DNA of 47,715 nt, taken from NCBI RefSeq assembly GCF_001194135.2, contig NC_068984.1:94121387-94169101 (forward strand), written 5' to 3'. Source of the stretch: Octopus bimaculoides (taxonomy: Eukaryota). The position numbers and the translations under genes are program-made. Positions within the stretch are counted from its first letter, which is position 1. Each line of letters opens with the position of its first letter. The notes beneath the pieces are model-generated. The model made no database searches. It had not been told where the DNA came from and saw only the letters and a list, made by a program, of their open reading frames with translations. Shown here piece by piece: positions 12,480-24,715 of the stretch.

Positions 12480-13312
12480 TTAAGTTGAACATTTTAAACC
12501 CTTGCAATTAAATCTAGGTGACTTTCCAATTTCATTCTGTCGCAAGTTATTGCTGATTTCTGGGCTTTTCAGATTACTTGTGTTAAGTAAAAAGAAAGGT
12601 CTGGTTTACCATATTATACTACTATTGTCATAGCATTTTGAAAATACTGATGTGTGACCTGTGAACTTCCTTGAAATGAAGAAGGCAATATAACTGGAAT
12701 ACTTGGTTCAAAATTTCATTTTTTACTTCTATTACAATGGTTCATACAGAGAAACTGGTTATTTCCAATGAAGAGCATATGGCATCCCTCAACCTTTACA
12801 TAGGTATCCACTGAATACTGCTGAAAAAGTTTCCCTGCTCTATGGATAATTTTGAATCCAACTACCAGCTGAAAATTATTAAAAATTATTACATATGTCC
12901 TGTGAGCTTCATGGAGTTGGATTTTATTGTACCATTTAAATTCATAGTGGGTAACACAATATAAGTGGGTAAGGCATTAAATTTAGATGGCATGACAAAC
13001 AGAAAATTCTTTGATGGTGGTGATGGTGATAAGGAGATTTCAAGGATAAATTACAATATCCCTATTCTCGCCAATGAATACAGCAGCAATTTCACTACTC
13101 TGAAAATTGTACTACTTAATGCCTGACTCTCATCTGAAATGAAGCTGCAACTTCATAAATAGAAACACTGTTTCAGATTTTATGTGCTTCTAACTATTGA
13201 ATGCATGCTTTATATAAATGAACTTATAATGATGAATGTTTTGAATGATATCCATTAAATTAGCTAAACACTGAGAATTCTGAGGACTTTCCATTCAGCA
13301 TTACAATGCTTC

Positions 13313-13440
13313 ATTATCATCATTATCATTTAATGTCTGCTCTCCATGCTGGAATGAATTAAATGATTTGACAGGAGCTGGCCAGCGGGTTACAATTGTC
13401 TATTTTGGCATGGTTTCTATGGCTGGATGCCCTTCCTAAC
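13313..13440 (-). mobile_element. Old, diverged RTE-type 3' tail fragment
   Basis: Degenerate (ATC)n, TTTAATGTCTGCTCTCCATGCTGG and GGCTGGATGCCCTTCCTAAC. Confidence 0.6.
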
Positions 13441-14393
13441 CACTTCATAGTGGCATTTCCAATTCTATGGATTTTACAATGATTACAGAGAATATTCACA
13501 TTGCTAAACAAGAGATTCCAGTTTTCTTAATCTATTTCATTTTTATTTTCTCTTCTCTTGCGCTCTTTCTCTCATCTGTTGTAAATACTCATTCTATTCT
13601 TTTTCATTCATAGTTTCTCGTTTTCTGTGTTGCTGTTCTTGTGTTTGTTCTAGTGATGTGAAACCCTGCACTTGTCTAAGTTGTTCTCTATGTCTTTTCA
13701 TTCTTTTTCTTATTAGTTAATATTGTCTATTGCTACCCATATTTTATAAAAAATATTTGCAAGTTTCAATTTAGCTTTTATCTCTCACTCCAGAGAACAC
13801 TTTTCTCTCTCTTTTTAGATCTCTTTTCAACTAACAATACAAAACAGTGTTCCCTTTGTCCTACCTCTTACTACTCCCATGCTAAACAACATTCATTCTA
13901 TCCTTTTGCCTCTCCCTTCAATAACCATTCTTGCATAACATACATATGCAGAATAATATTATAGATGATTTCTAATATAGTCACAAAGATAGTAAAATTT
14001 TGGAGGAATGGCAAAATCAATTTAATCAACTTCAGTATTTGATTGGTATATATTTCATAGAACTTAGAGGGATTAAAAGCAAAATAGACTCTAGTGGAAT
14101 TTAAACCCAGAATATAAAGGGATGCAAGGTATTTTTTTCTAACACCTATTTTCCCAATTACTGCCCTAATTATTATATAATAATGCCTATCTATTATTAA
14201 ATAGATGATTTCTCACATATTACACAAGATAACAAATTTTGGGAAAGGTGTGTATTTGCTTAACCTGGTAAATAGTTTATCAACCCTGTGAGGCAAAGTT
14301 AGCTCTGGAGGGATCTCAACTGAGTAACATAAAGAGATTGAATTAAATCTAGAAAGGCATTGTGTCTAGTAATCTAATTCTGCCATCCACTAC

Positions 14394-16205
14394 CATCATC
14401 ATCATCATCATCATTTAACGTCCGCCTTCCATGCTAGTATGGGTTGGACGATTTGACTGAGGACTGGCGAACCAGAAGACTGCACCAGGCTTCAATCTGA
14501 TCTGGCAGAGTTTCTACAGCTGGATGCCCTTCCTAACGCCTACCACTCTATGAGTGTAGTGGGTGTTTTACGTGCCACCAGCACGAGGGCCAGTCAGGCG
14601 GTACTGGCAACAGCCACACTCAAAATGTTGTTTTTTATGTGCCACCTGCACAGGAACCAGTCCAGCGGCACNNNNNNNNNNGTGCCACCAGCACGAGGGC
14701 CAGTCAGGCGGTACTGGCAACAGCCACACTCAAAATGTTGTTTTTTATGTGCCACCTGCACAGGAACCAGTCCAGCGGCACTGGCAACGACCTCGCTCAA
14801 GTGTTTTTTGACGTGCCAGTAAGGCGACACTGGTAACGATCATGCTCAAATGGTGCTATTTACATGCCACTGGTACGGAAACCAGACAGCTGCTCCAGCA
14901 ACGATCATGCTTGGACGGTGCTCTTAGCGATCCACTGGCACAGGTGCCAGTCATCGAATTCTGTTCCATTACGATTTCACTTGCCCCAACAGGTCTTCGC
15001 AAGCTAAGTTTAGTGTCTAATGAAGTTAAGGTTGGCATGGGTGCCAGTCGTTGAATTTGGATCGATTTTGTTTGCCTCAACAGGTCTTCGCAAACAGAGT
15101 TTAGTATCCAATGAAGGAAAGGTACGCATAAGTGGTCTGGCTACACCTCTGGCAGAGGCCTCGGATTTTGGTCTCACTTGGCTTGCCAGGTCTTCTCATG
15201 CACAGCATATTTCCAAAGGTCTCAGTCACAAGTCATTGCCTCAGTGAGGCCTAATGTTTGAAGGTCATGCTTCACCACCTCATCCCAGGTCTTCCTGGGT
15301 CTACCTCTTCCACAGGTTCCCTCAACTACTAGGGTGTGGCACTTTTTCACACAGCTATCCTCATCCATTCTCACCACATGACCATACCAGCGCAATTATA
15401 TCTCGTACACATCACAACTGATGCTTCTTAGGTATAACTTTTCTCTCAAGGTACTTACACTATGTCGAGTATGCACACTGACATTACACATCCAGCGGAG
15501 AATACTGGCTTCATTCCTTGCGAGCTTACACATGTCCTCAGCAGTCATGGCCCATGTTTCACTGCCATGTAGCATGGCTGTTCGTACACATGCGTCATAC
15601 AGTCTGCCTTTTACTCTGAGTGAGAGGCCCTTTGTCGCCAGCAGAGGTAAGAGCTCTCTGAACTTTGCTCAGGCTATTGTTATTCTAGCGGCTACACTTT
15701 CAGCACACCCTCCCCCGCTACAAACTTGGTCACGCAGATAACGGAAGCTTTCAACTACTTCTAGTTTTTCTCCTTGGAGTGTGATAAAGGTTGTTTTCTG
15801 CACATTTTCAGTGTTTATTGCTCCTGAACATCTTCCACATACAAAAAACTATCTTCCTAGTTAGCCTTCCTTTGATATTGCTGCACCTCTTATGTGTCCA
15901 TAGCTTACACTGAGTACATCTTATAGAGTTTCTACCTACGCCTTTTCTATAGATCGAGCAGGGCCATCTACCTGGAGGGGTTTGTGTTTTTTCTACCTTC
16001 CTACTTATTAGGACTTTGGTTTTAGCAAGGTTGACTCTAAGGCCCTTCGATTCTAGTCCTTGCTTCCACACCTGAAACTCCTCCTCTAGTCTGATAGTGA
16101 CTCAGCAATTAGCGCAAGGTCATCAGCATAGATGAGCTACCAGGGGCATCCTGTCTTGAATTCCTGTGTTATTGCCTGGAGGACTATGATAAATAGCTGG
16201 TCCCT
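14394..16205 (-). mobile_element. 5'-truncated RTE family A copy retaining the YADD segment
   Basis: (ATC)n tail at 14394 and the UTR modules. ORF2 stop at 15174-15176. YADD codons at 16119-16130 (LIYADDLALIAES). Truncated just upstream of LFIIVLQAIT. Confidence 0.9.
14672..14681. other. Assembly gap (10 N) flanked by an identical 100-bp duplication
   Basis: 14572-14671 is identical to 14682-14781. Confidence 0.95.
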
Positions 16206-17114
16206 CTCTAATAACAATAATCACAGGTGCAAGAAAATCTGATGTTATAATCTAACATCAAAACAAATGTAGAACCTGAATTATTTTCTGATACTGAATT
16301 CGAAAGAAAGGCATTTACAGATCCTTCATAATAAGTTTATAATTTCAGTCTCCAAAATATATGTCTCCCAATATATTGTCTCAAATATACACATACTAGT
16401 CACTACCAGTACAACAGACTATTAACCTTATTTTACTGTGTTCCCAGTATAGCAAAAACAGCCTAAAAGTAGTCTCTACCAGATTCCCATTAAAGTAATA
16501 ATGAGCAACACACACATAGGAAAAGAAGGTAAAATACTAAAAAAAAAGACAACTGATCACATTGCAGCTTTGTAGTCAAGTGTGTTTATGACTCATTGTC
16601 AATGGTGTCTCCAATAGCAGTTGTTGTTTTTTTTTGTTTTTAATTGGGTAAAAAAATAAAAAGTTGCTTTTTTTTCATTTGGCAATGAAACGAGTGTGTA
16701 ACTCAGCACTTAATCTGTTAAATGAGCAAGGCCTAGATTCTTTACAGTTGAGGAAATTATTGATGATATTTATTCTTCAGACATTCAAACTGGTGAAATA
16801 CATAACAAAAGTAGTGATTCAGGTGAACAAATACAGTAGGTGAGAGATAAGCTTATCATTGTTTTCTCTTGAATTTTTTGTGACTCTATTAGTTTGCCTG
16901 TAATTGTTACTCAAGCTGTTTCTGCAAATATTTATTCTTTTTCTCAGGAGCCAAGGTGGAGGGTAAAGTTAGACACAGGGGCCCAGGTCTGAGAGGGTTA
17001 AATCTCCAGAAGAAAACTGTAATAGAACTTTGATGTTTAAAAAAGACAAGCTTCTTATAACTCATAAATTTCTAATGAACATAAAACTCATGCGTAAAAT
17101 ACTAAGCACTTTAA

Positions 17115-17336
17115 CCCTTTTGTTACTGTATCTATTTTGAGATGCTCTGTGTTTCTTTCAATTAATTTTAAATATGAAAAAGAATTTAGTAAAATAACTT
17201 AGATATCATTAAGCTAGTGTTAGGAACATAAATTGTGACTAAGGTTTGATGGAAGATTTTAATTCAAAACTTATGAAAACAAGACATTTGTACAACAGAT
17301 CCAGAGCCTGTTTCAGTTGAGTTGGTAACAAAAGGG
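17115..17336. mobile_element. Complete 222-bp piggyBac-type MITE
   Basis: Perfect 12-bp TIRs CCCTTTTGTTAC (17115-17126) and GTAACAAAAGGG (17325-17336). TTAA TSD at 17111-17114 and 17337-17340. Confidence 0.9.
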
Positions 17337-17900
17337 TTAAAGAAGTAAACATTCTCAGGAATATATTTAAAAAAATTTTTTGTATTCAAATTTTGCATTT
17401 AAGTATTTAGACTATCAAATGTACCAATACAAAAGTCACCTGGAAGATACATACAAATAAACACAAAGGGCATGGTGTAATTTATTATATGTATACAATA
17501 GGCTCTAAATTGCTGCAAGCAATTTAAACAAGTACATGTTTACTCTAGCTAAAACATTACACCTGTTAATTTCTTAACAGTAATGGATCATTTGCTAATT
17601 ACCACTATCTTCAGTATAGTTTATTTAGCAATTACAGTGTTTAATGATATAACAGTTGTAAAATGCCTACAGAAAAGAAAAGTCGGCCAAGAAATCAAAC
17701 TATTGTAGATTAAAATTACTCTAATAAAGTAAAGTCACCAATCTGTCCACTAAATATATAAATGTCAATCAGGAAAAAATGTCTTGTAATTACTCAATCT
17801 TCTTGAAACAAGATTTAAATTACTCACGCTTATGTAGTTTTTTTTTTTTAGTTTTATTGTGTTAACTTTTATTGCTTCAGAGAATTCATATTAGATAATT

Positions 17901-17925
17901 TGTGTGTGTGTGTGAGAGAGAGAGG

Positions 17926-17999
<74 letters not shown>
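17901..17999. repeat. (TG)n(GA)n microsatellite
   Basis: Directly visible. Confidence 0.95.
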
Positions 18000-18002
<3 letters not shown>

Positions 18003-18439
18003 ATAACAAAACTGGAATATGTTAAATGAAGAAAGGAAACAAAATAATGCTAGAATCCTAATGAGCTAATTGTCATTGTTTCCACTAATGTCAACAATTC
18101 AACCAATTTAATCGCTGCTTTTCTTATGAATTGCTTCACCATATATATATGGCATTAATACATGCACACACACATTATAAGCAAGAAGTTATCTTGATTG
18201 ACCTACTTCTTAATCAGCAAGGGATGACTGAAACAGAGTATGGATAATTAGTATAAAAGTGGTTTGCTTTAAAAATGATAATAAAGCATCCAATCACACT
18301 ATCCACAAGGAAATACATTCTTGAAAGCAATCATAAATACATTTGAAGCAGATACCCAGGATAATAGCAAAGTATTAGTCATGTACAAGAATTTTACTTG
18401 AAGAGGTCTGTAGACTAATGAATGATTTTTCTTTTTACA

Positions 18440-19260
18440 TAGACTGTAGAAAATTTAGAGAAATCTCAGATTGGAAGCAAAACCTAGAACTGAGAAATCT
18501 CACAGTAAACTTAGCAAAGACAAAAGTTTTAGTATAGGTCAAGATAGGACCCTGCTAACATTAAGGAAATGACTGTGCTCAATATGCAAATGAAAAATAA
18601 AAAAGAAGGAAGAGGTAAAAATTCCACCCAGTATACTCAGTGTAAATTATGGATGTACCACAAGGTGTAGTGATATCATTAGGGAGGCTGAAAAAAGACA
18701 GTAGACTTTCTATGTGGCAGATACACTGTAGCAATCAGAAGTAAGAGAGAAATACATTCTTTCAAATGCCTGGAAAGCTCCTTAGAAGTAGCTGATAACA
18801 TTTCTGAACTAGGTAATTTAATTAGCAGTGGAGGTGACTATTTCAAAAGCATAGTAGCCAGAGTAAGAATGGGGTTTAAAAAAATTCTGGTAACAGAAAG
18901 TTTCTTTCTCAGAGTGAAGGGTACATTGTATGATAGTTGTGTAAAATGCAATGCTGCATGGAAGCAAGACATATGCACCTTGAATGAGAAGATTTTTCAA
19001 AATTTATTAAGAAAAATAGATACAAGAGGAATAAGATAATGAGAAAAAACTGTGTTGGTACAAACATGTAATGGATATAGATGATGTCAGTTGCATAAAG
19101 AAATATCAAGCACTTGAAATGGAGAGAATATGGGAAAGAGGGAGACCAAAGAAGATATGAATGAAATGGTAAAAACTGATTTGGAAAAGCTGAACATCAT
19201 CAAGGAAATTACAAAGGACTACAACAATTGGTAATATGTAATACTGGAGAAGATTTCCTC
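18440..19260 (+). mobile_element. Older, degraded RTE fragment related to family A (RT C-terminal part)
   Basis: Broken translation WKQNLE..VNLAKTKVL..CSICK..TQCKLW...LRVKGTLYDSCV matches 15420-16070. Boundaries approximate. Confidence 0.75.
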
Positions 19261-20167
19261 ACTCATGCATGTATAGTAAAATTTGGGATTCGATCTGTCA
19301 ATATTCAACCCCCACCATCACCCTTTATCACTATCTCACTCCAATCATGTCACTTGTGTAATGAAAGCTGGCATCAGATCTGATAGTCTTCAAACCCTGC
19401 TAATATCATCCATCTTTATTATTAATGATTTTACACAGACACACACAATCCTACCAACCCCCATCTTTATTACAATACATCCTCCTCTCCACTAATGCAA
19501 TTCCGGGTACACTTTTTCAAATCACAACTAGAATATCTTTGATGGTATGTGTGTTCTATCAAGCTTGACAACAAAATTTTTTATGTATGTCTATTATTCT
19601 GTTCCGTAAATATTTTGTTTTCATTTAAATTAACCTGGCATTTAGCTTTACATGTAAATTACAATTTCAAACACATGAATATGTTTAACAAAAGACGTGC
19701 ATCGGATCAGAGGGCGAAAGAGAAGAAATAAGCAAATGTGCTGATGTACATGTTTTTATGCCAATTATAGAAGCAAACAAACTTTTGTGTCACAATAGTA
19801 TACCAAACATTACAATAATCCAATTATTTTCATCCCAATATCAAGATAAGTTTCACATCACAGCTATATTTTTTGCATGCCAGATGATCAAATCTTAGAA
19901 GCTTCACATTTTGTTGTGAAGTGATGGTTATTTAAGAAGCACATTTAAGTTTAAAAACTATAAATACAACAAATCTAATCAAATGTAAAGTGTCATTGGA
20001 AGCACTGCAACTTGTAGAAGCAAAGATCAAAGGCTAAAAATAATGGAAAATCAACTATAAAACTATCATGAGGGAAGGGAAAAGAATTACATCTTATCTG
20101 AAAGGTATAGTCATCAACAAATTGACTTCAAAACATACCCAAATATATATATATATATATATATATA

Positions 20168-20267
20168 NNNNNNNNNNNNNNNNNNNNNNNNNNNNNNNNN
20201 NNNNNNNNNNNNNNNNNNNNNNNNNNNNNNNNNNNNNNNNNNNNNNNNNNNNNNNNNNNNNNNNNNN
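20168..20267. other. Assembly gap (100 N) after (AT)n
   Basis: N run. Confidence 1.
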
Positions 20268-20370
20268 CCTGCCTTAAAAACAGGAGCTAACCACAGTTAT
20301 TTTGTGTTCTTTGCTATGTCCGTATGTCTGTATGTCTGTATGTATGTATGTATGTATGCATGCATGTATG

Positions 20371-21213
20371 TTCAGATAAGAAAAGAAATGGAGCAACAAT
20401 TAACAATTAGAAGTTGATCATTGGCATTAAAAGGTTATAGTTTAATTGTGGTTAAAAAACATTTACAGCTGTTTCAGTTTGAAATTTTTGAAGTAAATTT
20501 GCACTTATCTCGTTCCATTTAACAAACATCATCAGAATGATTTAGAGTTCATCGGAGGAATATAGACAGGGCAAAAAGGAAAAGGTAAAGAAAAAGGAAA
20601 AAAGTTCGTTAAGTCTTTAGGCTTACATTTTCATGTCCTTTAAGGTTCTACATGTGTGTACATTTTCTTCAATTAGATGAATGGAGCAATAAGTGGGGAA
20701 AATGACTAGTTGATCAGCAGTGTTAGTCAAAAGAGTTATACCTGGTAGTAATATCCAGTGTTGTTAATTGTAATAAATAATGCTGCTTGTGACTGCTAGA
20801 TAAGTCCCTATGATTACAAACAATGCCCTTGTCAAAGATTAAGGATGCTCTTAAAAGTTTAAGTGTGATAAACGGTATAAATTTTGGTTACATAAAAGGT
20901 ATAATAAATAAAGATGTTGTTATGGGTGGCGCATTGTTCCAGGTATACGTTGTACATTTATGATAAATAATTCAGTTATTCAGGGTAATTTAATTGCAAT
21001 GTGATGTTAAATCATACTCTGTGGAAAGGGGGAGGGTCAAGGAGAGGTAATCACATGTTAGGCAGGCCAGCTAATAACTTGTAATCGAGGTATTTGCAGT
21101 ATTTAGAGAATAAGAATTTATCTTTATGTAAGCATTTTAATTTTTCTTGCCTTGTTTATTAAGTAATTCTAGTTTGGCTATTTCTCAGTTATGCATAAAT
21201 TACAGCAATTATT
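20371..21213 (-). mobile_element. Inverted copy of the Penelope-like element 3' end (GIY-YIG C-terminus + 3' region / pseudo-LTR)
   Basis: Its reverse complement matches 27625-27880 (CCNLCITEK...CLHKDKFLFSKY and the following UTR) and 30204-30601. Confidence 0.85.
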
Positions 21214-21775
21214 ACACCTCCAATTATTTCGACATCACTATGGGGGCCCCAGACTCAGCACAAGTATGTGATTTACTGAGTATTTACCTATTATCTCATT
21301 TACACAAAGAATTCCCAGAGATTAGAGGAGGCCTTTACCGAGACAATGCATTATTTATCCTTAAAAACACCTCCAATAGGAGACTTGAACTACTAAAGTA
21401 AAATTATATCAGTTCTTTAAATGGTTTGGATTAACTATCACAATAGAAAATAAGCATAATTCTATTAACTATTTAGATGCCAATTGTAATTTAAACGTGG
21501 GATTACATGAACTGCACATTAAACCTAATACCAACCTCGAATATATTAATACACATAGCAACCACTCTAACTTTATAAAAAGAAGACTTGTACAGGGCAT
21601 TAGTAAAAGAATTTCGTATCTCTTGTCCAACGAAGATATCTTCAATAAGTATAAGGAACACTATAACATTGCATAGGAAAAAGCAGGTTATAAGCAAACA
21701 ATTAAGTACCTTTACTTGGAGCTTTATAAAAATAACCCAAATAACATAAATATCTATAATTATAATAATAGTAAA
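21214..21775 (+). pseudogene. Penelope-like (probably Naiad-type) reverse transcriptase fragment
   Basis: YFDITMGAPDSAQVCDL, GGLYRDNAL (YRDD-like), INYLD, YINTHSNH and ISKRIS..S.E.IF. The clade assignment is from recalled motif patterns. Confidence 0.8.
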
Positions 21776-22150
21776 AACTAGCAGAGATACCCGGCGTTGC
21801 CCGCGTTACATGCAAATGAAGGATGAGACTTTTCTCTTATATTTTGTGTTAGGAACTGGAATACATATGATTCGAATTTCATAAAAATTGCACATGCGGG
21901 TTCCTTCCCTCTTTACGCATATTCCAAAATTTCAGTCTTCTGGAACCTGTAAAAAGGATTTTGCTCCTGAAAAATGGAGCTCATAGAGCTCTAAAATGTG
22001 GGAATGAAGGCCCCTATTGGGGGTGGGGGTGTTAATGTCAACCAGAGAAGTTGAATTGTCGGGAATGTTTTTAACTTGGGTCTTATAGTATGCCTGTATA
22101 TATGTGAGAGTATAGTTTCACTTTAATAGTTTCATATGAAATTGAAAGTA
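21776..22150 (+). mobile_element. 5' half of a Helentron/HINE-like non-autonomous element
   Basis: Starts ACTAGCAGAGATACCCGGCGTTGCCCGCG, a typical Helitron/Helentron-N 5' motif. Internal sequence is repeated at 24716-24895 and from 26125. Confidence 0.6.
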
Positions 22151-23291
22151 CTAACCCTTTCATTACCATATTTCTAACCAAAATACACCCCTTATGCGTT
22201 TCAATTAATTTCTAACGTAATCATAAATTTAGTCTGGTTTCATTAAACAACTCTAACTTTTTTATTTATCAACATATTAATGTGATTTTTGGAAGATAAT
22301 TTAACAAAAGGTTCTCAATCAATTCTATACCAAAATTTTTGTCACAAAGTGACTCTAATTACAGGTAAATACAAGTAAATTCAACAAAATATAAAATCAT
22401 TTAAATTTTTGTTCAAACATCGCTATAGAAAATGGGTTAATATTCAATTGGGTATACAACAAAATATTATTATAGAAGAGTTGTGCACATTACTGGATTC
22501 ATCAGATGAATTTAACACACAAAAGACACGTGTACCATAAAGTTATAAATAAACAAAAGACTGGAATTAGTCTGTGAAGAAAACTAGAAAACAAAATACA
22601 CATACACCATCAACTAGGTTAAATAAGCTCTCCCATATACATAGATACACAGAAATATACAATAATGATTTACAAAATAAATTAATCAAAATTCGTCACT
22701 CACCTTACATGTAAATTAAAATTACACATAAAGAAAAATTAAAACGAAATAAATTTGAAAATATTTATAAAATGAAATCACACATATATACAGATCAAAC
22801 AATATTCCTATCATGAAAACTTGTAAAGCACCCTGCTCTGCATAATGCAACCTTGCAGAATGCACATTGGAAAGTTGTTTCAACAGCCCTTCCACTAGGA
22901 GCTTCCCTTTTTTGATGAAGGCATTCGCGACACTGCTTTTTGTGACCCTGGGTTTTTTTCTAATTTATGGAGATCGGCTGAATTCAGAGGGATATCTCTC
23001 TGGCAGGCTTTGCTTTTCTCTCTACAGTTATTATTATTATTTTTTTTTTTGAGGAATAACCAGCTCTTAGTTGCGTTGCTACATCTGCACGGAACTGCAG
23101 ATGGTCGCATCACTTTCGAGCCGGCCCTGATTTGGTATATAGTATAAACGCATTAGTAATACTCATATTTACTATATACCAAACCAGGTATTGCCACCAT
23201 TTATTCCCCGATCTGCCAACTGGCTAATAAGACATCATCTGATTCAGCCGATCTACACCACCCATGCACCTGTTATAATCGAGGTTCACAA

Positions 23292-23398
23292 ATCATCATC
23301 ATCATCGTTTAACGTCCGCTTTCCATGCTAGCATGGGTTGGACGATTTGACTGAGGACTGGTGAAACCGGATGGCAACACCAGGCTCCAATCTAATTG
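23292..23398 (-). mobile_element. Young, ~105-bp 5'-truncated RTE family A tail inserted in piggyBac
   Basis: Identical by eye to the reverse complement of 127-230. The flanks rejoin into the sequence seen in piggyBac copy 1 (GACATCCC|ATTTGTGAACC). Confidence 0.9.
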
Positions 23399-23820
23399 GG
23401 GCGTGCCATTTTCATCCACATGTGGTCGTGCACAGGTAGATAGAAAATTAATATGCCTCTTATCTCTGTATGCGGTCGCTAGCAAATTTCCTTTCTGCCG
23501 TTGAATTATTTCACTTTTTTTTTTAATTTTGCTTTTTTTATATCCAACGGCAGTCCTTTTCTACTAGCAATCACTGTAGAACATGAATGTGTTGCCACAG
23601 TATCTAAATTCTCTGCAAGTTTGACCGAACTGAAAAAGCGGTCAAAAAATAATATACGGCCCTGGTTATGGTATGGAAGTGATAAATTCCAGATCACATC
23701 ATACTCTAGGCCATGCTGACTTACATAATTGTCTCTTTTGCCAGTATAAAATTCAAATCCAGAGCAGTACCCAGTATTTGATTCACAAATCTTCCAAACT
23801 TTGATCCCCCATTTTGTGGG

Positions 23821-23830
23821 NNNNNNNNNN
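23821..23830. other. Assembly gap (10 N)
   Basis: N run inside piggyBac copy 2. Confidence 1.
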
Positions 23831-24485
23831 ATTCGTCTCCAAAGGGTTCATCACTACTCCAGTATTTTGTTATTCTGGGTAACTTTCTAATGCCCATAAT
23901 AATATTTATGGCAAAATATGCTTTAATTTCATTCAAGTTTGTGAGAAACCCACAAACTATCCTTTATTACGCTTTGTTTACATTCAGCGTAACGGTTTGT
24001 TTCCACCGTAATCAATTCAAATAGGTACATCGGAAAATTCATTCTCTTTATCGCTGTCATCGGAGCTCTCGGATTTACTGCTTTCACTTTCGGAAAATGA
24101 AACATCAGATTCATTATCAAAAACCACGTGCTTTTTTTTTTTTTGGTTACAGAGTTAGATTTATCAAGGTCTTCAATGGAAAATCCTTCGAATTCTGACT
24201 CACTGCTTGACAGAATAAAATTTGTATCCATTTTTTTGTCAGGATTACAAATTTTAAAAACACAACAGGAACAAATTTGGAAAAAAATCTCACAAAGTCA
24301 TACAAAACTATAGGTGAACTGTTTACACAGTATAATCACGTGTTTTCACGAATGTACTAACAAGATTTGCTCGAATATTCTCATTTAAATATGAATAGGT
24401 GATTACGGGTGGTTTGGGGCGGCTTGGTCACATGAACCAAAATTTTTTCGGACGGCTTTGGGCGATTTAGTAACGAAAGGTTTAA

Positions 24486-24715
24486 ATTGAAAATATTTGA
24501 AATTACAGTAGCGACATGTTATTGTTTCACTTTTGACACGTAATACTGAAATAGTGGAGGAGATATGATATTGCTGTGGGCTCGAACTACGCAAGAAGTT
24601 AAAAATTTTTTTGGCCTAAGACATTACATGGACCCTTTGGAATGAAATTGGTTGTGTAGTTCTCGAGTTTTAGGGATTCACACAAACACACATTCTCATC
24701 TTTATATATCTGATA
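24486..24715 (+). mobile_element. 3' half of the Helentron/HINE-like element
   Basis: Matches 26240-26500. Ends GAAATTGGTTGTGTAGTTCTCGAG...CACACATTCTCATCTTTATATAT. Confidence 0.6.

Larger units (their letters stand above)
22795..24231 (-). pseudogene. piggyBac (PGBD4-like) transposase pseudogene
   Basis: MDTNFILSSSESEFEGF, ITVETNRYA, IKAYFAINIIMG, FFDRFFSSVKL and DYNRCMGGVD. C-terminal Cys-rich domain CREC...CAFCKVALC..GCFTSFH. Interrupted by a gap and an RTE tail. Confidence 0.88.
22155..24481 (-). mobile_element. piggyBac DNA transposon (copy 2) with both ends
   Basis: TTAA at 24482-24485 with TIR ACCTTTCGTTACT. CTAA at 22151-22154 with TIR CCCTTTCATTAC. The low-coordinate end is homologous to the 3' end of copy 1 (12400-12479). 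Confidence 0.85.

Noticed and set aside
13960-14385. Two decayed SINE-like pieces (also 7165-7230)
   Set aside because: They resemble a common octopod SINE from memory, but are too degraded to support boundaries or promoter boxes from the sequence alone.
14572-14781. Perfect 100-bp tandem duplication in the RTE 3' UTR
   Set aside because: The two copies sit exactly on either side of a 10-N gap, typical of an unmerged contig overlap, so this is probably an assembly artefact.
16741-16845. Possible small exon or acidic peptide (VEEIIDDIYSSD...)
   Set aside because: Too short and unrecognised; could equally be a decayed transposon start.
22155-22440. Separate 282-bp MITE ending GGGTTAA
   Set aside because: The left end is better explained as the 3' terminus of piggyBac copy 2, since it matches 12400-12483. 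The right 'TIR' matches poorly.
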